Assembly (NCBI GenBank): GCA_963753975.1
Contig: CAVWEH010000002.1
Coordinates: forward strand, 1 to 64,000
Length of the DNA stretch: 64,000 nt
Direction: 5' to 3'
From: an uncultured delta proteobacterium
Lineage (GTDB): Bacteria > Desulfobacterota > Syntrophia > Syntrophales > Smithellaceae
The notes beneath the pieces were generated by a model that worked only from the letters and a program-made list of their open reading frames with translations, did no database searches and was not told the DNA's origin. Shown piece after piece: positions 33,595 through 44,274 of this stretch. The position numbers and the translations under genes are program-made. How positions within the stretch are numbered: position 1 is the stretch's first letter; the number at the start of each line of letters is the position of its first letter.

Positions 33595-34080
33595 TTAATC
33601 GCTTGAACAATACAATTTTTTTATCTTTTCCACAATATTTGTTGTGGATTTGCCTGTAACTTCAGGGATTATTGCCACCCTGCCTCCCCATCTTTTTATT
33701 TCCTCTCTGCCGACAATCTTCTCTTCCGGCCAATCGCCTCCCTTTATAAGGATATCAGGTTGCAGATAATTAATGAGCTCCAAAGGCGTTAACTCATCAA
33801 ATATCGTAATAAAATCAATAAACTCCAGTGCAGCAATAACCTCCGCCCTATCTTCCACACTTACCAGCGGTCTTTTCTCTCCCTTAATTGCCCGCACGGA
33901 AGAATCACTATTGAGCGCCAGGACTAAGACATCGGCAGTTTTCTTCGCCTCTCTCAAGTAGCGGATATGGCCGACATGAAGAATATCGAAACAGCCGTTC
34001 GTGAAGGCGATTTTTTTGCCTTCTTTGCGCAGTTTTTCCAGCTTCTTTTTGAGTGTATTTCTTTCTAAAATTTTTTTCAT
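33595..34080 (-). CDS. rfaE2: D-glycero-beta-D-manno-heptose 1-phosphate adenylyltransferase
   Basis: FTNGCFDILHVGH, LNSDSSV, KGGDW, STTNI. Confidence 0.93.
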   Translation of the reverse strand: MKKILERNTLKKKLEKLRKEGKKIAFTNGCFDILHVGHIRYLREAKKTADVLVLALNSDSSVRAIKGEKRPLVSVEDRAEVIAALEFIDFITIFDELTPLELINYLQPDILIKGGDWPEEKIVGREEIKRWGGRVAIIPEVTGKSTTNIVEKIKKLYCSSD

Positions 34081-34102
34081 TGTCACCTGTGGCCTATTAT
34101 AT

Positions 34103-34222
34103 AATTGAATTCGGCAGCGAGAATTCCCCGTAGCGAGCTTTCGGGCAAGCGAGCGAATACTGAATTATATTATTTCTTAAGAATCGAAGATTCTCCGCGG
34201 CTTGCAGTGGAGAGCTTCAATT
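34103..34222. mobile_element. Non-autonomous palindromic element, probably IS200/IS605-derived
   Basis: Bounded by AATTGAA/TTCAATT; two GC hairpins resembling CCCCGCAGCAAGCTGCGGGG; no transposase. Family call is from recollection of similar repeats. Confidence 0.55.
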
Positions 34223-34951
34223 CTGGAGAACTCTGGCCAGTGTCAACACAGTTACTTTTTGTACCCCGGCTTTGATCAATATTTTAGCGCATTCATTAAG
34301 GGTGGCTCCGGTAGTATAAACGTCATCGATAAGAAGGATATTTCTGCCGATGATTTCCGCCTTGTCAGTTACTTCAAATGCCCCCTTAATATTTCGTTTC
34401 CGTTCTTTTTTGTCTAAACCAGTTTGACTTAAAGTAAATTTACAGCGTTTTAGCAAGGAAAAATTTACAGGTATTTGCCATTTTTTCCCTATAGCATCGG
34501 CAAATATAATGGATTGATTAAAACCCCGTTTTCTTAGTTTTTTAATATGTAAGGGAACTGGAATGATTAAAGAATAATCCGTAAATTCTAAATCAGGAAA
34601 AGAAAAGTCGGCCATGAGGGATGCCAACGAGGCGCCGATGGATAAATCGCGGCCGTATTTAAATTGATGGATTGCGTTGAGAATAGCGGTTTCATAGCCG
34701 GCTACAGCGCGGGCACAAGAGAAATAAGGCTTCTTTTCCAAGCAATTTCCGCATAAATGGCTTCCGGCCGGACTGTCGAAAAACATTATGCCGCAAATAG
34801 GACAAAGACTGCCGGTGAGAAATTTTATTTTTTCCCGGCAAGTAGAGCAAAAAATTTTCTCCGTAATCGGCTGCAAAAGAGCGGTACAGCTTATACACTG
34901 GGGTGGAAAAATGATATCGGCGATATCCCTTAAAATTTCATCTATAATCAA
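34217..34951 (-). CDS. comF: ComF family amidophosphoribosyltransferase-like protein
   Basis: FPPQC..C zinc ribbon, IPVPLH, RGFNQS, LLIDDVYTTGATL. Confidence 0.93.
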   Translation of the reverse strand: MIIDEILRDIADIIFPPQCISCTALLQPITEKIFCSTCREKIKFLTGSLCPICGIMFFDSPAGSHLCGNCLEKKPYFSCARAVAGYETAILNAIHQFKYGRDLSIGASLASLMADFSFPDLEFTDYSLIIPVPLHIKKLRKRGFNQSIIFADAIGKKWQIPVNFSLLKRCKFTLSQTGLDKKERKRNIKGAFEVTDKAEIIGRNILLIDDVYTTGATLNECAKILIKAGVQKVTVLTLARVLQN

Positions 34952-35403
34952 GCCATGGCCTTGTTTAATCTTTTTATTTTCATCGCCTTATCATCGATAC
35001 TCATACGAGGGGCATCCCACAAATCCTCTATTGCGTAGAAGGCTCTCAGCGATTCCTGGAAAATAGAAATTACGATGTCATCGTAATCAAGCAAAATCCA
35101 TTGGCCGTTAGCTTCACCCTCTACACCCAATGGTTTGATCTCTGATTTCTTTAAAAATTCCTGTATTGCTGCCGAAATTGCTTGAACCTGCCTTTCAGTT
35201 GCTCCACTGCAAATAAGCATATAATCCGTAAAGGTGGAAATCCTCTTAACGTTTAAGATAATAATATCTTTAGCTTTTTTCTGCAAAGTCGCGTTAATGC
35301 ACATGAGCAGGCGCTCGTAGGATTCATTTTTCTTTGCCGGCAAGTAAACCTCCAGTTTTTGTAAGATAGGTCCTTCAGCCTTCAGTCTAACGGCCTTAGA
35401 CAC
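34948..35403 (-). CDS. rsfS: Ribosome silencing factor
   Basis: KKAKDI, TDYMLICSG, WILLDYDDIVI, RAFYAIEDLW; true start may be further downstream. Confidence 0.92.
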   Translation of the reverse strand: MSKAVRLKAEGPILQKLEVYLPAKKNESYERLLMCINATLQKKAKDIIILNVKRISTFTDYMLICSGATERQVQAISAAIQEFLKKSEIKPLGVEGEANGQWILLDYDDIVISIFQESLRAFYAIEDLWDAPRMSIDDKAMKIKRLNKAMA

Positions 35404-35549
35404 TTTTATATGCCATAATTAACGTGACATGACAATGCTGCATTTGATTCCAGTATATCGCGGAGTTTGTTTTATAAGTGGTTATTGAGAAAAAAGAATG
35501 GCTATGATAAATTAACATTCCTTATCAAATTCTATAAGGACTCTCTGAT

Positions 35550-36341
35550 ATGCAGGATATTTTAAGCAAGGTTCATGTACACATGCCGTTTCATCTTTTG
35601 CCTCAATATCAGGAAACCATTCTCCGGCAGAGGTTGAATCCGGAAATTTATTTTAGTCACTCTGCGTTGCAGAATTTAGATAAAGCACAATGTACAGAAA
35701 CAGCAAAGCTGTTTTCTGCTGCCGGCTTAAAGATCACTTTTCATGCCCCATTTATGGATTTACGCCCCGGAGCGCTGGATGATAAAATCCGGCAGACAAG
35801 CCTTGATAGAATAAAACAGATATTCGATCTGGCGCCCTATTTCCAACCGTTAAGAATAGTTTGCCATGCTTCTTTTGATGACCGGTATTATGTTGATTGC
35901 GACGATTTATGGCTGGAGAACAGCATTAAAACCTGGACAGAGATGATTGCCCTGGCTAATGATGCTAAAACAATTATTGCCTTGGAAAATGTCTATGAAA
36001 AAAATCCGCATATTCTGCGCCGTCTTTTCGATGCGCTGTCTTCGGATAGTATTTGTTTTTGCTTGGATACGGGACATTTTAACGTGTTTTCTTATGCACC
36101 GCTAAACATTTGGCTTCAGGAGCTGGGGAAATATTTAGGCCAGTTGCATTTACACGACAATCATGGATTGACTGATGAGCACCTGCCGGTCGGCAGCGGA
36201 AGTTTTCCTTTTGCTGAGCTCTTTCAATCTTTAAAGAAAAATAAGATTCATCCGCTAATAACATTGGAGGCTCACGCGCAAGATGATCTTTGGCAGTCGC
36301 TCACGAACATCAAAAGCATGGCCTTATTTGATTATATTTGA
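35550..36341 (+). CDS. Sugar phosphate isomerase/epimerase (AP endonuclease 2 TIM barrel)
   Basis: HAPFMDL, ALENV, CLDTGH, LHLHDNHG..DEHL. Confidence 0.88.
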   Translation: MQDILSKVHVHMPFHLLPQYQETILRQRLNPEIYFSHSALQNLDKAQCTETAKLFSAAGLKITFHAPFMDLRPGALDDKIRQTSLDRIKQIFDLAPYFQPLRIVCHASFDDRYYVDCDDLWLENSIKTWTEMIALANDAKTIIALENVYEKNPHILRRLFDALSSDSICFCLDTGHFNVFSYAPLNIWLQELGKYLGQLHLHDNHGLTDEHLPVGSGSFPFAELFQSLKKNKIHPLITLEAHAQDDLWQSLTNIKSMALFDYI

Positions 36342-36385
36342 TTGTTATTTATTTGGACAATAAAAAATCTGGTTAGGGAATCAGC

Positions 36386-37360
36386 GTGCTTCAATATATT
36401 ATAAAAAGATTAATTTTTATGATCCCGCTTTTACTGGGGATTACAATTATTTGTTTTTTTGTTATGCGTCTGGCTCCCGGCTCGCCGACCGATCTGCAGA
36501 CCCAAATGAATCCAAAATCTTCCGTGGAAATGAAAGAACGCCTCAGGACATTATATGAACTGGATAAACCCATTTATGCGCAGTATTGGTCGTGGCTGAA
36601 AAAGATCAGTCGTGGAGATTTGGGAATATCTTTTTCCTCCGACCTCCGTCCGGTTGCCGCTAAAATTACGGAGCGGCTGCCCATTACCATCATTCTGGAA
36701 TTCTTATCTCTCTTAATTATTATTGGCGTTGCTATACCCATAGGAGTGCTTTCCGCCGTCCATCAGGATTCTCTTTTCGACAAAATCACCGGCGTATTCG
36801 TATTTATCGGTTTTGCCGTTCCCACATTCTGGTTGGCTTTATTGCTGATGATATTTTTTGGCATTCAACTCGGCTGGCTGCCCATTTCCGGTTTACGTTC
36901 CTTAAACTATGAATACCTGACCCCTTGGATGCAATTCGTCGATTTGGCCAAACATTTAGTCTTGCCCGTGTTCATATCCGCCTTTGGCGGATTAGCCGGC
37001 CTTTCCCGTTATATGCGTGCGAATATGCTGGAAGTAATTCGACAGGATTATATTATGACTGCGCGGGCTAAAGGTTTGAGTGAAAGAGCTGTTATTTACA
37101 GACATGCATTGCGCAATGCGCTTTTGCCGGCCATAACGATTTTAGGACTTTCCATTCCGGGCCTCATCGGCGGCAGTGTAATTTTCGAGACAATATTTGC
37201 AATTCCGGGTATGGGACAGCTTTTCTATATGGCGGTTATGGCGAGAGATTACCCGACGGTTATGGGTATTCTGCTCATTGGCGCTATTTTAACGCTTTTA
37301 GGAAATTTAATTGCTGATGTATCTTACGCCGTGGCTGATCCGCGTATTCGCCTATCGTAA
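36386..37360 (+). CDS. Peptide ABC transporter permease (OppB/DppB-like)
   Basis: [39 protein letters not shown]. Confidence 0.93.
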   Translation: MLQYIIKRLIFMIPLLLGITIICFFVMRLAPGSPTDLQTQMNPKSSVEMKERLRTLYELDKPIYAQYWSWLKKISRGDLGISFSSDLRPVAAKITERLPITIILEFLSLLIIIGVAIPIGVLSAVHQDSLFDKITGVFVFIGFAVPTFWLALLLMIFFGIQLGWLPISGLRSLNYEYLTPWMQFVDLAKHLVLPVFISAFGGLAGLSRYMRANMLEVIRQDYIMTARAKGLSERAVIYRHALRNALLPAITILGLSIPGLIGGSVIFETIFAIPGMGQLFYMAVMARDYPTVMGILLIGAILTLLGNLIADVSYAVADPRIRLS

Positions 37361-37465
37361 ATAGAGCTGAAAAATGAACCCGGCATGCGCCGGGCAGGCA
37401 GTTGGGTAAGTTTTTAATGAAACTATAGATACTTCAAGATAGAACTTTTTCAAGGTACTGTAGCA

Positions 37466-38293
37466 ATGAACTTCTGGGAAATGTTTTATAAAAACAAATT
37501 AATGCTCGCCGGTAGCGGGATTGTTTTAATGTTTTTTCTCATTTCGTTTCTGGCGCCGTGGCTCGCGCCTTATGATTTCGGGCAAATCGATTTGACTAAT
37601 GTTCTGGCTTCTCCTTCGGCCGGCCATTTATTCGGAACTGATCAGCTGGGGCGGGACGTGCTTTCCCGGATGATTTGGGGTGCAAGGATTTCCTTGAAAG
37701 TCGGTTTTGCGGCTACCGGTGTGGCCATCATTATCGGAACAATTCTGGGAGCCGTTTCCGGTTATTACGGCGGCTGGATTGACGCGGCTATCATGCGGTT
37801 TGTGGACGTCATGCTGTGTTTCCCGACATTTTTTCTGATTCTGGCGGTAATCGCTTTTTTAGAGCCTTCTATCTGGAACATTATGATAATTATCGGTTTG
37901 ACCGGATGGATGGGCGTCACGAGGCTGGTCAGGGCCGACTTTATTACGCTGAAGGAAAGGGACTTTGTTCAAGCCGCGAGAGCAATAGGAGCAAACGATT
38001 TGCGGATTATTTTTCTTCATATCCTCCCTAATGCCTTTGCCTCGATTTTAGTAGCCGCAACATTAGGTATTGCCGGAGCGATACTTACGGAATCAGCCTT
38101 GAGCTTTTTAGGCATAGGCGTGCAGCCGCCGACGCCCAGTTGGGGCAACATTTTGACTGCCGGAAAAGACAACATAGATATCGCCTGGTGGCTTTCCTTG
38201 TATCCGGGGCTGGCCATATTACTTACAGTTGTCGGTTATAATCTTTTGGGAGAGGGCATCAGGGATTCACTTGATCCGCGATTAAGGAAGTGA
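37466..38293 (+). CDS. Peptide ABC transporter permease (OppC/DppC-like)
   Basis: HLFGTDQLGRD, ESALSFLGIG, PSWG, GEGIRDSLDPR. Confidence 0.93.
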   Translation: MNFWEMFYKNKLMLAGSGIVLMFFLISFLAPWLAPYDFGQIDLTNVLASPSAGHLFGTDQLGRDVLSRMIWGARISLKVGFAATGVAIIIGTILGAVSGYYGGWIDAAIMRFVDVMLCFPTFFLILAVIAFLEPSIWNIMIIIGLTGWMGVTRLVRADFITLKERDFVQAARAIGANDLRIIFLHILPNAFASILVAATLGIAGAILTESALSFLGIGVQPPTPSWGNILTAGKDNIDIAWWLSLYPGLAILLTVVGYNLLGEGIRDSLDPRLRK

Positions 38294-38324
38294 TTTTAGT
38301 ATTTCGATAAACAATATGTTTATC

Positions 38325-38894
38325 TTAATAAATGAATTGGCTTATATTTTTTTTGTCCGGGAAGGAAAGAGCCAGATGATGTCTCTGGTAATTATCCCTC
38401 CATTTACGCAGTATTTTTCCTTCTATATCAATTTCATCGTTTTCAAAAATGAATCTCACCTTAACAACAGCCCCAATTTCATATTCTTCATCACCCTCGT
38501 ATAAGATGATATGGGTACCGATGCACGATATATCTATGACCTGACTTTCCTTTTCCTGGCAATAAACGCGGACATTCGGAAGTAAATCCAAGCGAATTCT
38601 CGGCCACATTCTCAAATCACAAGGCGCCGGATCGTTTAATTTACGCAGGATAATTCGGGAGTCCGATGTAATAGCCTTAATTCTCGCTTCAAAACCCAGA
38701 CGGCCGGAGTTGGCGGCATTTTTTTGGTAAGTCAAAAGAACGATATGGTTTAAGTAACCGTTTTCAATAGGTTGTTGAGTTTGCTCAATTGCAAAATAAT
38801 CGTTCGACAAAAGTTGAATAAGCCGAGATTTACGAATGTCTTTTCCTTCCAAGAGCAAACATATTTCTTCCGATGGTTCAATGTCCAGCCGCAT
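38325..38894 (-). CDS. PilZ domain-containing protein
   Basis: RMWPR (RxxxR) and DISCIG (DxSxxG) in the C-terminal half. Confidence 0.75.
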   Translation of the reverse strand: MRLDIEPSEEICLLLEGKDIRKSRLIQLLSNDYFAIEQTQQPIENGYLNHIVLLTYQKNAANSGRLGFEARIKAITSDSRIILRKLNDPAPCDLRMWPRIRLDLLPNVRVYCQEKESQVIDISCIGTHIILYEGDEEYEIGAVVKVRFIFENDEIDIEGKILRKWRDNYQRHHLALSFPDKKNISQFIY

Positions 38895-38927
38895 TAGCGA
38901 TTATCTTTCTCCTACTTTAGTATTAAT

Positions 38928-39458
38928 TTAGAATAAAAAAGGAACCAACATCTTTGATTTTCTGGTATAGGAGGCATAGTCATCTCCGAATTTAAGTAGA
39001 TTTTCCTTTTCTTCGGAAAGGGCTGTAGCGTAAACAAATACTAGGGAGACGGCAAACAGGCTTAAAGCCAAAAGTGAAGGATTTTTTAATAAAAAGCCTG
39101 CACCAAGAAATATTAGCGAACTATAAAGAGGATGGCGAACGTATTTATATGCTCCCGATGTTATCAGAGCAGTAGTTGTTTCAATGTTGGCCAAGCTCGC
39201 GGGTTGGCCCCGGTGAATAAGGAGGTAGAAGCCGGGAAGAGCTAAAAGGAGGGAAATTATTATTAATCCCCAGGAAATTATTTGAAAACCGGAAAAAGGC
39301 TTATGAAACCAGTAACTGCTGTTGACTAAAATTAAAATTAGGAGAAACTCAAAGGCAAAAAACCGATAAAACTTTCGACTGCCTGTATCGAATAAAGCGG
39401 GCCAGGAAATTTTGATAAATATTATCGAAACGACAAAAAATATGATAAGTTTAGTCAT
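38928..39458 (-). CDS. Isoprenylcysteine carboxyl methyltransferase family membrane protein
   Basis: LITSGAYKYVRHPLYS, EEKENLLKFGDDY..Y. Confidence 0.88.
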   Translation of the reverse strand: MTKLIIFFVVSIIFIKISWPALFDTGSRKFYRFFAFEFLLILILVNSSYWFHKPFSGFQIISWGLIIISLLLALPGFYLLIHRGQPASLANIETTTALITSGAYKYVRHPLYSSLIFLGAGFLLKNPSLLALSLFAVSLVFVYATALSEEKENLLKFGDDYASYTRKSKMLVPFLF

Positions 39459-39756
39459 AATTGAGCCTCTTTTCAATCAACGAACATAAAATTACCACAG
39501 AGGATATTTGTCTATTTGTTATTTTTAAAATTTGCGGATAATTTTCATGTCCATAGGTATATTTAATTATTAAAAAAACAAGCTTTATAGCAGCAACGAC
39601 ACTATATTTGTTATGGTATTTAACGAAAAGGTTCGTCCGTGTCAAGGTGTTTCCCGTGATAAGTGCTCCGAGGTTTACGTCTTGAGGCTTGATAAATTTG
39701 AAGAAATGTAATAGAAGTCCGCTCGTTCAATTAAGTGTAGAAGGAGAAAGCGTAAC

Positions 39757-39924
39757 ATGTCCAAAAAAGTTAAAGCGGAATTACTTAACCTCGATAAACG
39801 TATTCTTTCCCGCAAGTTATTATCCGGTGAAATATCCGAAAAGGATTTGCAGAGTTTATTAAAAAAAATCCCCGATGTCGCGGAAAATGCCGAGGAAGTC
39901 AGTATCGAAGAAAATGAAAAATAA
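39757..39924 (+). CDS. Small hypothetical protein (55 aa) missed by the ORF track
   Basis: RBS AAGGAG; MSKKVKAELLNLDKRILSRKLLSGEISEKDLQSLLKKIPDVAENAEEVSIEENEK; stop 6 nt before tatD. Confidence 0.75.
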   Translation: MSKKVKAELLNLDKRILSRKLLSGEISEKDLQSLLKKIPDVAENAEEVSIEENEK

Positions 39925-39930
39925 TTTTTT

Positions 39931-40707
39931 ATGCTGATTGATTCCCACGCTCATCTGGAGATGAAAGAGTTCGATTGCGACCGTGAGGAAGTGATCAAGC
40001 GTGCTAAACAGGCGGGAATCGATTTCATTGTTACCATCGGCACAAATCTGGAACTGAGTAAGAAAGCTGTTGCTCTTGCCTACAAGTACGAAAATATTTA
40101 CGCAACAATCGGTATCCATCCCCATGATGTAGTTAACGCTGATAATAAAACTTTCGATAATCTCCGCGAACTTGCCCGCCGGAAAAAAGTTGTCGCCTAT
40201 GGCGAAATCGGATTGGATTTTTTTCGCAATATTTCACCTCCCGAAAAACAATTGGATATGTTTGGCCGTCAGCTCGAATTAGCTAATGAACTGAAATTGC
40301 CGGTGATTATCCATGATCGCGAAGCCCATGAACAAACGCTAAAGATGGTCAGGGCCTCGGGCATTCACCGCGGTGTATTTCACTGTTTTTCCGGCGACTA
40401 TGATATGGCCCAAAAATGTATAGACTTGGGCTTCTATATTTCCGTGCCCGGCGTCGTGACTTTTGATAAGGCAAAAAATATTCGGGATGTCGCGCAGCGT
40501 GTACCTCTTTCTTCATTATTCTTGGAGACGGATGCGCCATTTCTTGCCCCTGTTCCGCACCGAGGTAAAAGAAACGAACCTTCCTTTATTATCCATACGG
40601 CAAAAAAAGTAGCGGAGCTTAAAGGCGTGTCTCTGGGGGAAGTAGTCCAAGCCACGACCAAAAACGCCAAAAGTCTTTTCCATATTGAAACTTCCGGCAG
40701 TAAATAG
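39931..40707 (+). CDS. tatD: TatD family hydrolase
   Basis: IDSHAHL, GIHPH, GEIGLD, IHDREA, HCFSG, ETDAPFL. Confidence 0.96.
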   Translation: MLIDSHAHLEMKEFDCDREEVIKRAKQAGIDFIVTIGTNLELSKKAVALAYKYENIYATIGIHPHDVVNADNKTFDNLRELARRKKVVAYGEIGLDFFRNISPPEKQLDMFGRQLELANELKLPVIIHDREAHEQTLKMVRASGIHRGVFHCFSGDYDMAQKCIDLGFYISVPGVVTFDKAKNIRDVAQRVPLSSLFLETDAPFLAPVPHRGKRNEPSFIIHTAKKVAELKGVSLGEVVQATTKNAKSLFHIETSGSK

Positions 40708-40742
40708 TAGCGTATTTTCCCAATAATCCAATAAGTGTCAGG

Positions 40743-41441
40743 ATGATGAAAGATAAACCGAAAGCTGTAGTTTTATTAAGCGGCGGTATCGATTCCACCA
40801 CGACATTGGCTGTCGCCAAAAATTTGGGGTTTGCCGTTTATGCCCTAAGCTTCGGGTACGGTCAGCGCCACGAAGTGGAATTGGAAGCAGCCTCCCGTAT
40901 TGCCCGGCATTTTGACGTAGTCGAACATTTGATTGTCGATATTGATCTGCGCCGCATCGGTGGTTCAGCCTTAACAGCAGATATTGCAGTTCCTAAAAGC
41001 CGCAGCATTAAGCAAATGGGAAAAGAAATTCCCGTAACTTATGTGCCGGCGCGCAATACCATATTTCTTTCCTACGCTCTGGCCTGGGCCGAAACGGTAG
41101 GGGCATTTGATATCTTTATCGGCGTTAATGCTCTGGACTATAGCGGCTATCCTGATTGCCGTCCCGCGTACATTGAAGCTTATGAAAAAATGGCCAATCT
41201 CGCCACGAAGGTTGGAGTGGAAGGAAAGCAAAAAATAAAAATTCACACGCCGCTTATCAAGATGACCAAAGCGCAGATTATCCAAAAAGGAATGGAACTC
41301 GGTGTTGATTATAGTCAGACACACAGCTGTTATGATCCATCGGTTGAAGGCGTCGCCTGCGGCCAATGTGATTCCTGTATCCTGCGTTTAAAAGGTTTTG
41401 CAGAGGCGGGCATTAAAGACTTCATCAGATATAAAATCTAA
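40743..41441 (+). CDS. queC: 7-cyano-7-deazaguanine synthase
   Basis: [30 protein letters not shown]...CGQCDSC. Confidence 0.97.
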   Translation: MMKDKPKAVVLLSGGIDSTTTLAVAKNLGFAVYALSFGYGQRHEVELEAASRIARHFDVVEHLIVDIDLRRIGGSALTADIAVPKSRSIKQMGKEIPVTYVPARNTIFLSYALAWAETVGAFDIFIGVNALDYSGYPDCRPAYIEAYEKMANLATKVGVEGKQKIKIHTPLIKMTKAQIIQKGMELGVDYSQTHSCYDPSVEGVACGQCDSCILRLKGFAEAGIKDFIRYKI

Positions 41442-41451
41442 AAGGTTAACT

Positions 41452-42278
41452 TTGAGCTATTTGGTCAAAGAAATATTTTATTCTATTCAAGGCGAGGGTT
41501 TTCATTCCGGACGTCCGGCGGTCTTTTGCCGGTTTTCCGGCTGCAATTTATGGTCGGGAAAAGAAGTCGACCGGAAAAAAGCAGTTTGTAAATTTTGTGA
41601 TACTGATTTTGTAGGTGTTGGTGGACGTGAAGGCGGGCATTTTCAGAGTTCAGGAGAATTGGCAAAAAAGGTCAGGCAATTTTGGCCGCAAAAAGATTTG
41701 AAATCGGCACAGCCTTTTGTTGTCTGCACGGGTGGTGAGCCGCTCCTGCAACTGGATGCCGAGTTGATCGCCGCGTTGCATGATGAAGGTTTTAAAATTG
41801 CTGTGGAGACCAACGGCACGATCATGCCGCCGTCTGGTATCGATTGGATTTGCGTGAGTCCTAAAGCCAGAGCTGAATTGTTGTTGCGTTCAGGCCACGA
41901 GTTAAAATTGATCTTCCCGCAGTGGGGTGGGGAGCCGAAAAAATATGATCAGCTTGATTTCCAGCACTTTTTTTTGTTAAAATTGCTGTGGAGACCAACG
42001 GCACGATCATGCCGCCGCCTGCTATTGATTGGATTTGCGTGAGTCCTAAAGCCGGAGCTGAATTGTTGTTGCGTTCAGGCCACGAGTTAAAACTGGTCTT
42101 TCCGCAAAAGGGTGCGGAACCGGAAAAATATGATCAACTTGATTTCCAGGACTTTTTTTTGCAGCCAATGGATAACTCCGATCGTGAAGCGAACATACAA
42201 AGAGCATTGGATTATGTCCTTGCCCATCCGCAATGGCGGATTAGTCTGCAGTTGCATAAAATATTGGGAGTAAAATAA
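41452..42278 (+). pseudogene. queE: 7-carboxy-7-deazaguanine synthase QueE interrupted by a 185-bp internal tandem duplication (frameshift)
   Basis: EIFYSIQGEG, CNLW...CKFCDTDF, TGGEPLLQ, ETNGT; the C-terminal LQLHKILG lies in another frame. Confidence 0.9.
41792..42161 (+). repeat. Imperfect tandem duplication, 2 x 185 bp
   Basis: 41792-41976 versus 41977-42161: about 15 substitutions by manual alignment, no indels. Confidence 0.95.
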
Positions 42279-42352
42279 AAAGGAGTAGAGAGACTTTAAT
42301 CACCTTGATCACAATAATTGATCTAGCAGTACTTATCAGCGAAGCTACGGAA

Positions 42353-42475
42353 TTCTTCCTGTAACAAACAAATCGTCAACGTCGATGAATATACAAGATT
42401 TCAATCCGTTATCAATGATGCCGTGTAATTCTCTTTTTAAAAAAAATGTTACATGCTATTATGATATCCAAATTG
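42353..42475 (+). repeat. Cassette leader repeat, copy C
   Basis: TTCTTCCTGTAA...ATACAAGATTTCAATCCGTTATCAATGATGCCGTGTAA...TTTTAAAAA...TGCTATTAT. Confidence 0.85.
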
Positions 42476-42519
42476 TCAAAAAATAAAGTTTGTATATTAA
42501 TTGTTAGTCTGCAAATTAG

Positions 42520-43187
42520 AAGCAACGAGAGGCAACACGGTTTTGGAATGCTCTGAAACGCGTATTAACTGTTCTGATAATATGTTGGGCTGCTATAACT
42601 TTCATTGGCACCCTCATGCCACTACCGGATGAGTTGCAATTCTTCGCAAAGCTGCCCAACAGGCTTCGCTGGTTGCCCTTATTTGTCCTTTTGTTCGGTT
42701 TGTCGGCGCTCAAATATCCGCGTTATTTATCTTGGAATGGACTTAAGGATCTGCTGAGAATTGGTGCTCTTGAGCGCGTGGTAATTGGTATTTCCTTGGC
42801 GTGACGGGCTCGGCTGATCCGTCGGATACGAGAATCATCGGATTTCAGCTCCAAGGGTTCAATAATTCATTACAAACGATGGCAGCAGTACATGCAAAAT
42901 TAATTCTTCCCAACGGAAGAGAAGTACCGTTGGTCGTGACGACCTCCGACGGCAGCATGGACAATGCTGTGAATGTTGATATTGCTCATAGAACCAGGAT
43001 TTACATTAATGGACGGTTCGGCGAATTGAAGCCGAACGATTTGATTGCCACTTATGGCCACTACGTTTTGAGTTCACATGGCGCAATGGTGAGTCTAAGC
43101 TTAAATTCTCTCGACGAGAGATCGATAAGCAGATCCGTCGTTTCGAGAACGATACTAAACCTAAACCGGATACCTTCTGACAATTAA
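42520..43187 (+). pseudogene. Fragmented hypothetical gene(s): membrane segment then soluble segment
   Basis: Hydrophobic frame (RFWNALKRVLTVLIICWAAITFIGTL...) with no good start, ending at 42804; second frame 42801-43187. Confidence 0.45.
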
Positions 43188-43201
43188 CACTCAAAAATAT
43201 T

Positions 43202-43259
43202 TTATTAATCATAATCGTTGCTTTGTAGGTGTTTTCAGCAAGCACTTCTTCCTGTAATC
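43202..43259 (+). repeat. Full 37-bp junction copy (43223-43259) with upstream half-site extension
   Basis: Exact match to 4083-4119. Confidence 0.9.
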
Positions 43260-43431
43260 TTGTTTTTTACATTTTTGTTCCACAATAGAACCTTTCGAGC
43301 AGAAATCATTAGAAAAGATACTTTCACAAGACTTTTCTTCGGTTGACATGCGCAACATTTATTGATAGGGAAATCGCGTTATGTATCATAAAGACAAAAT
43401 TAATTGTGATCAATAATAGGAGGAAAACATA

Positions 43432-44223
43432 ATGAAAAAAATCATTGTGGTATTTTTGTGTCTGTCGTTATTCTTTTTCGCATCATGTGCTGGATCAAAA
43501 ATTATATCTGAACCAAAGATTACTTTTCCCCTAAATTCAAACCAAAATCTAATAGGTGATTTATCGAAACCGGAAGGCGATGGCCCCTTTCCTGCGGTTA
43601 TACTACTTCCTGGTTGCGCAGGTGGTCAATACAATATTAGTGATTGGGAAAATATGTTGGTAAAAGAAGGATACGTAGCTTTCGCTGTGGATAGTCTTGG
43701 CCCCAGGGGGGTTAGAAATGTTTGTAGTAATCCAAAAGAGAATAAACCTACTTCTGAGGATAGAGTTTCTGATGCTTTTGCAGCGAAGCGTTACCTCGAA
43801 ACTCGGCCATTTATTGATAAAGAACGAATTGCTTTAATGGGGTTTTCACACGGCGGAATTACTTCATTGATCATAGCCGTGTCTCCATCCTCGGAAAAAC
43901 CTTTCAAGGAAATTATTGCATTTTATCCTTACTGCTTGCCTATAGATCCTTCAAAGAAGTTCCTTTCATCGCCATTGATGATTCTCTCTGGGGGCAATGA
44001 TGACTGGTGCCCAGCTAAGCTGTGCGAAACATACCCTGAGATATTAAAAGGTTTGAACCATGAAATTGTTTTGAAAGTTTATCCAGGAGCCTATCATGCT
44101 TTTGATAATACCCTGCCAGGACTTTTTAATTATATGGGGCATAAAGTAGGTAGAGACGAAAGTGCGGCAGCCGACTCGATTGTCATGGTGAAAAATTTTT
44201 TGCGGAAACACTTCAATGAATAA
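43432..44223 (+). CDS. Dienelactone hydrolase family alpha/beta hydrolase, lipoprotein
   Basis: RBS AGGAGG, lipobox FASC, GPFPAVILL, GFSHGG nucleophile motif, DDWCP, YPGAYHAFD. Confidence 0.9.
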   Translation: MKKIIVVFLCLSLFFFASCAGSKIISEPKITFPLNSNQNLIGDLSKPEGDGPFPAVILLPGCAGGQYNISDWENMLVKEGYVAFAVDSLGPRGVRNVCSNPKENKPTSEDRVSDAFAAKRYLETRPFIDKERIALMGFSHGGITSLIIAVSPSSEKPFKEIIAFYPYCLPIDPSKKFLSSPLMILSGGNDDWCPAKLCETYPEILKGLNHEIVLKVYPGAYHAFDNTLPGLFNYMGHKVGRDESAAADSIVMVKNFLRKHFNE

Positions 44224-44274
44224 GTATGGGCCTGGAATTGCACCCTTAAAGTGAATACTTACATTGATGACTTT

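Noticed and set aside
41609..41620. TTGTAGGTGTT match to the junction inside queE
   Set aside because: Short, explained by coding sequence (DFVGVG), and the rest of the site is absent
41792..42161. DGR template/variable repeat pair
   Set aside because: Differences are not adenine-specific (many C/T and G/C changes) and no reverse transcriptase is present
42355..42400. Antisense peptide IDVDDLFVTG resembling a reverse transcriptase YVDD motif
   Set aside because: No Y/F before VDD, the motif is not kept in the other copies, and no RT-length ORF exists
4083..43259. CRISPR repeats (37-bp length is suggestive)
   Set aside because: Only two exact copies 39 kb apart, separated from related sites by whole genes; no spacer-sized periodicity and no cas genes
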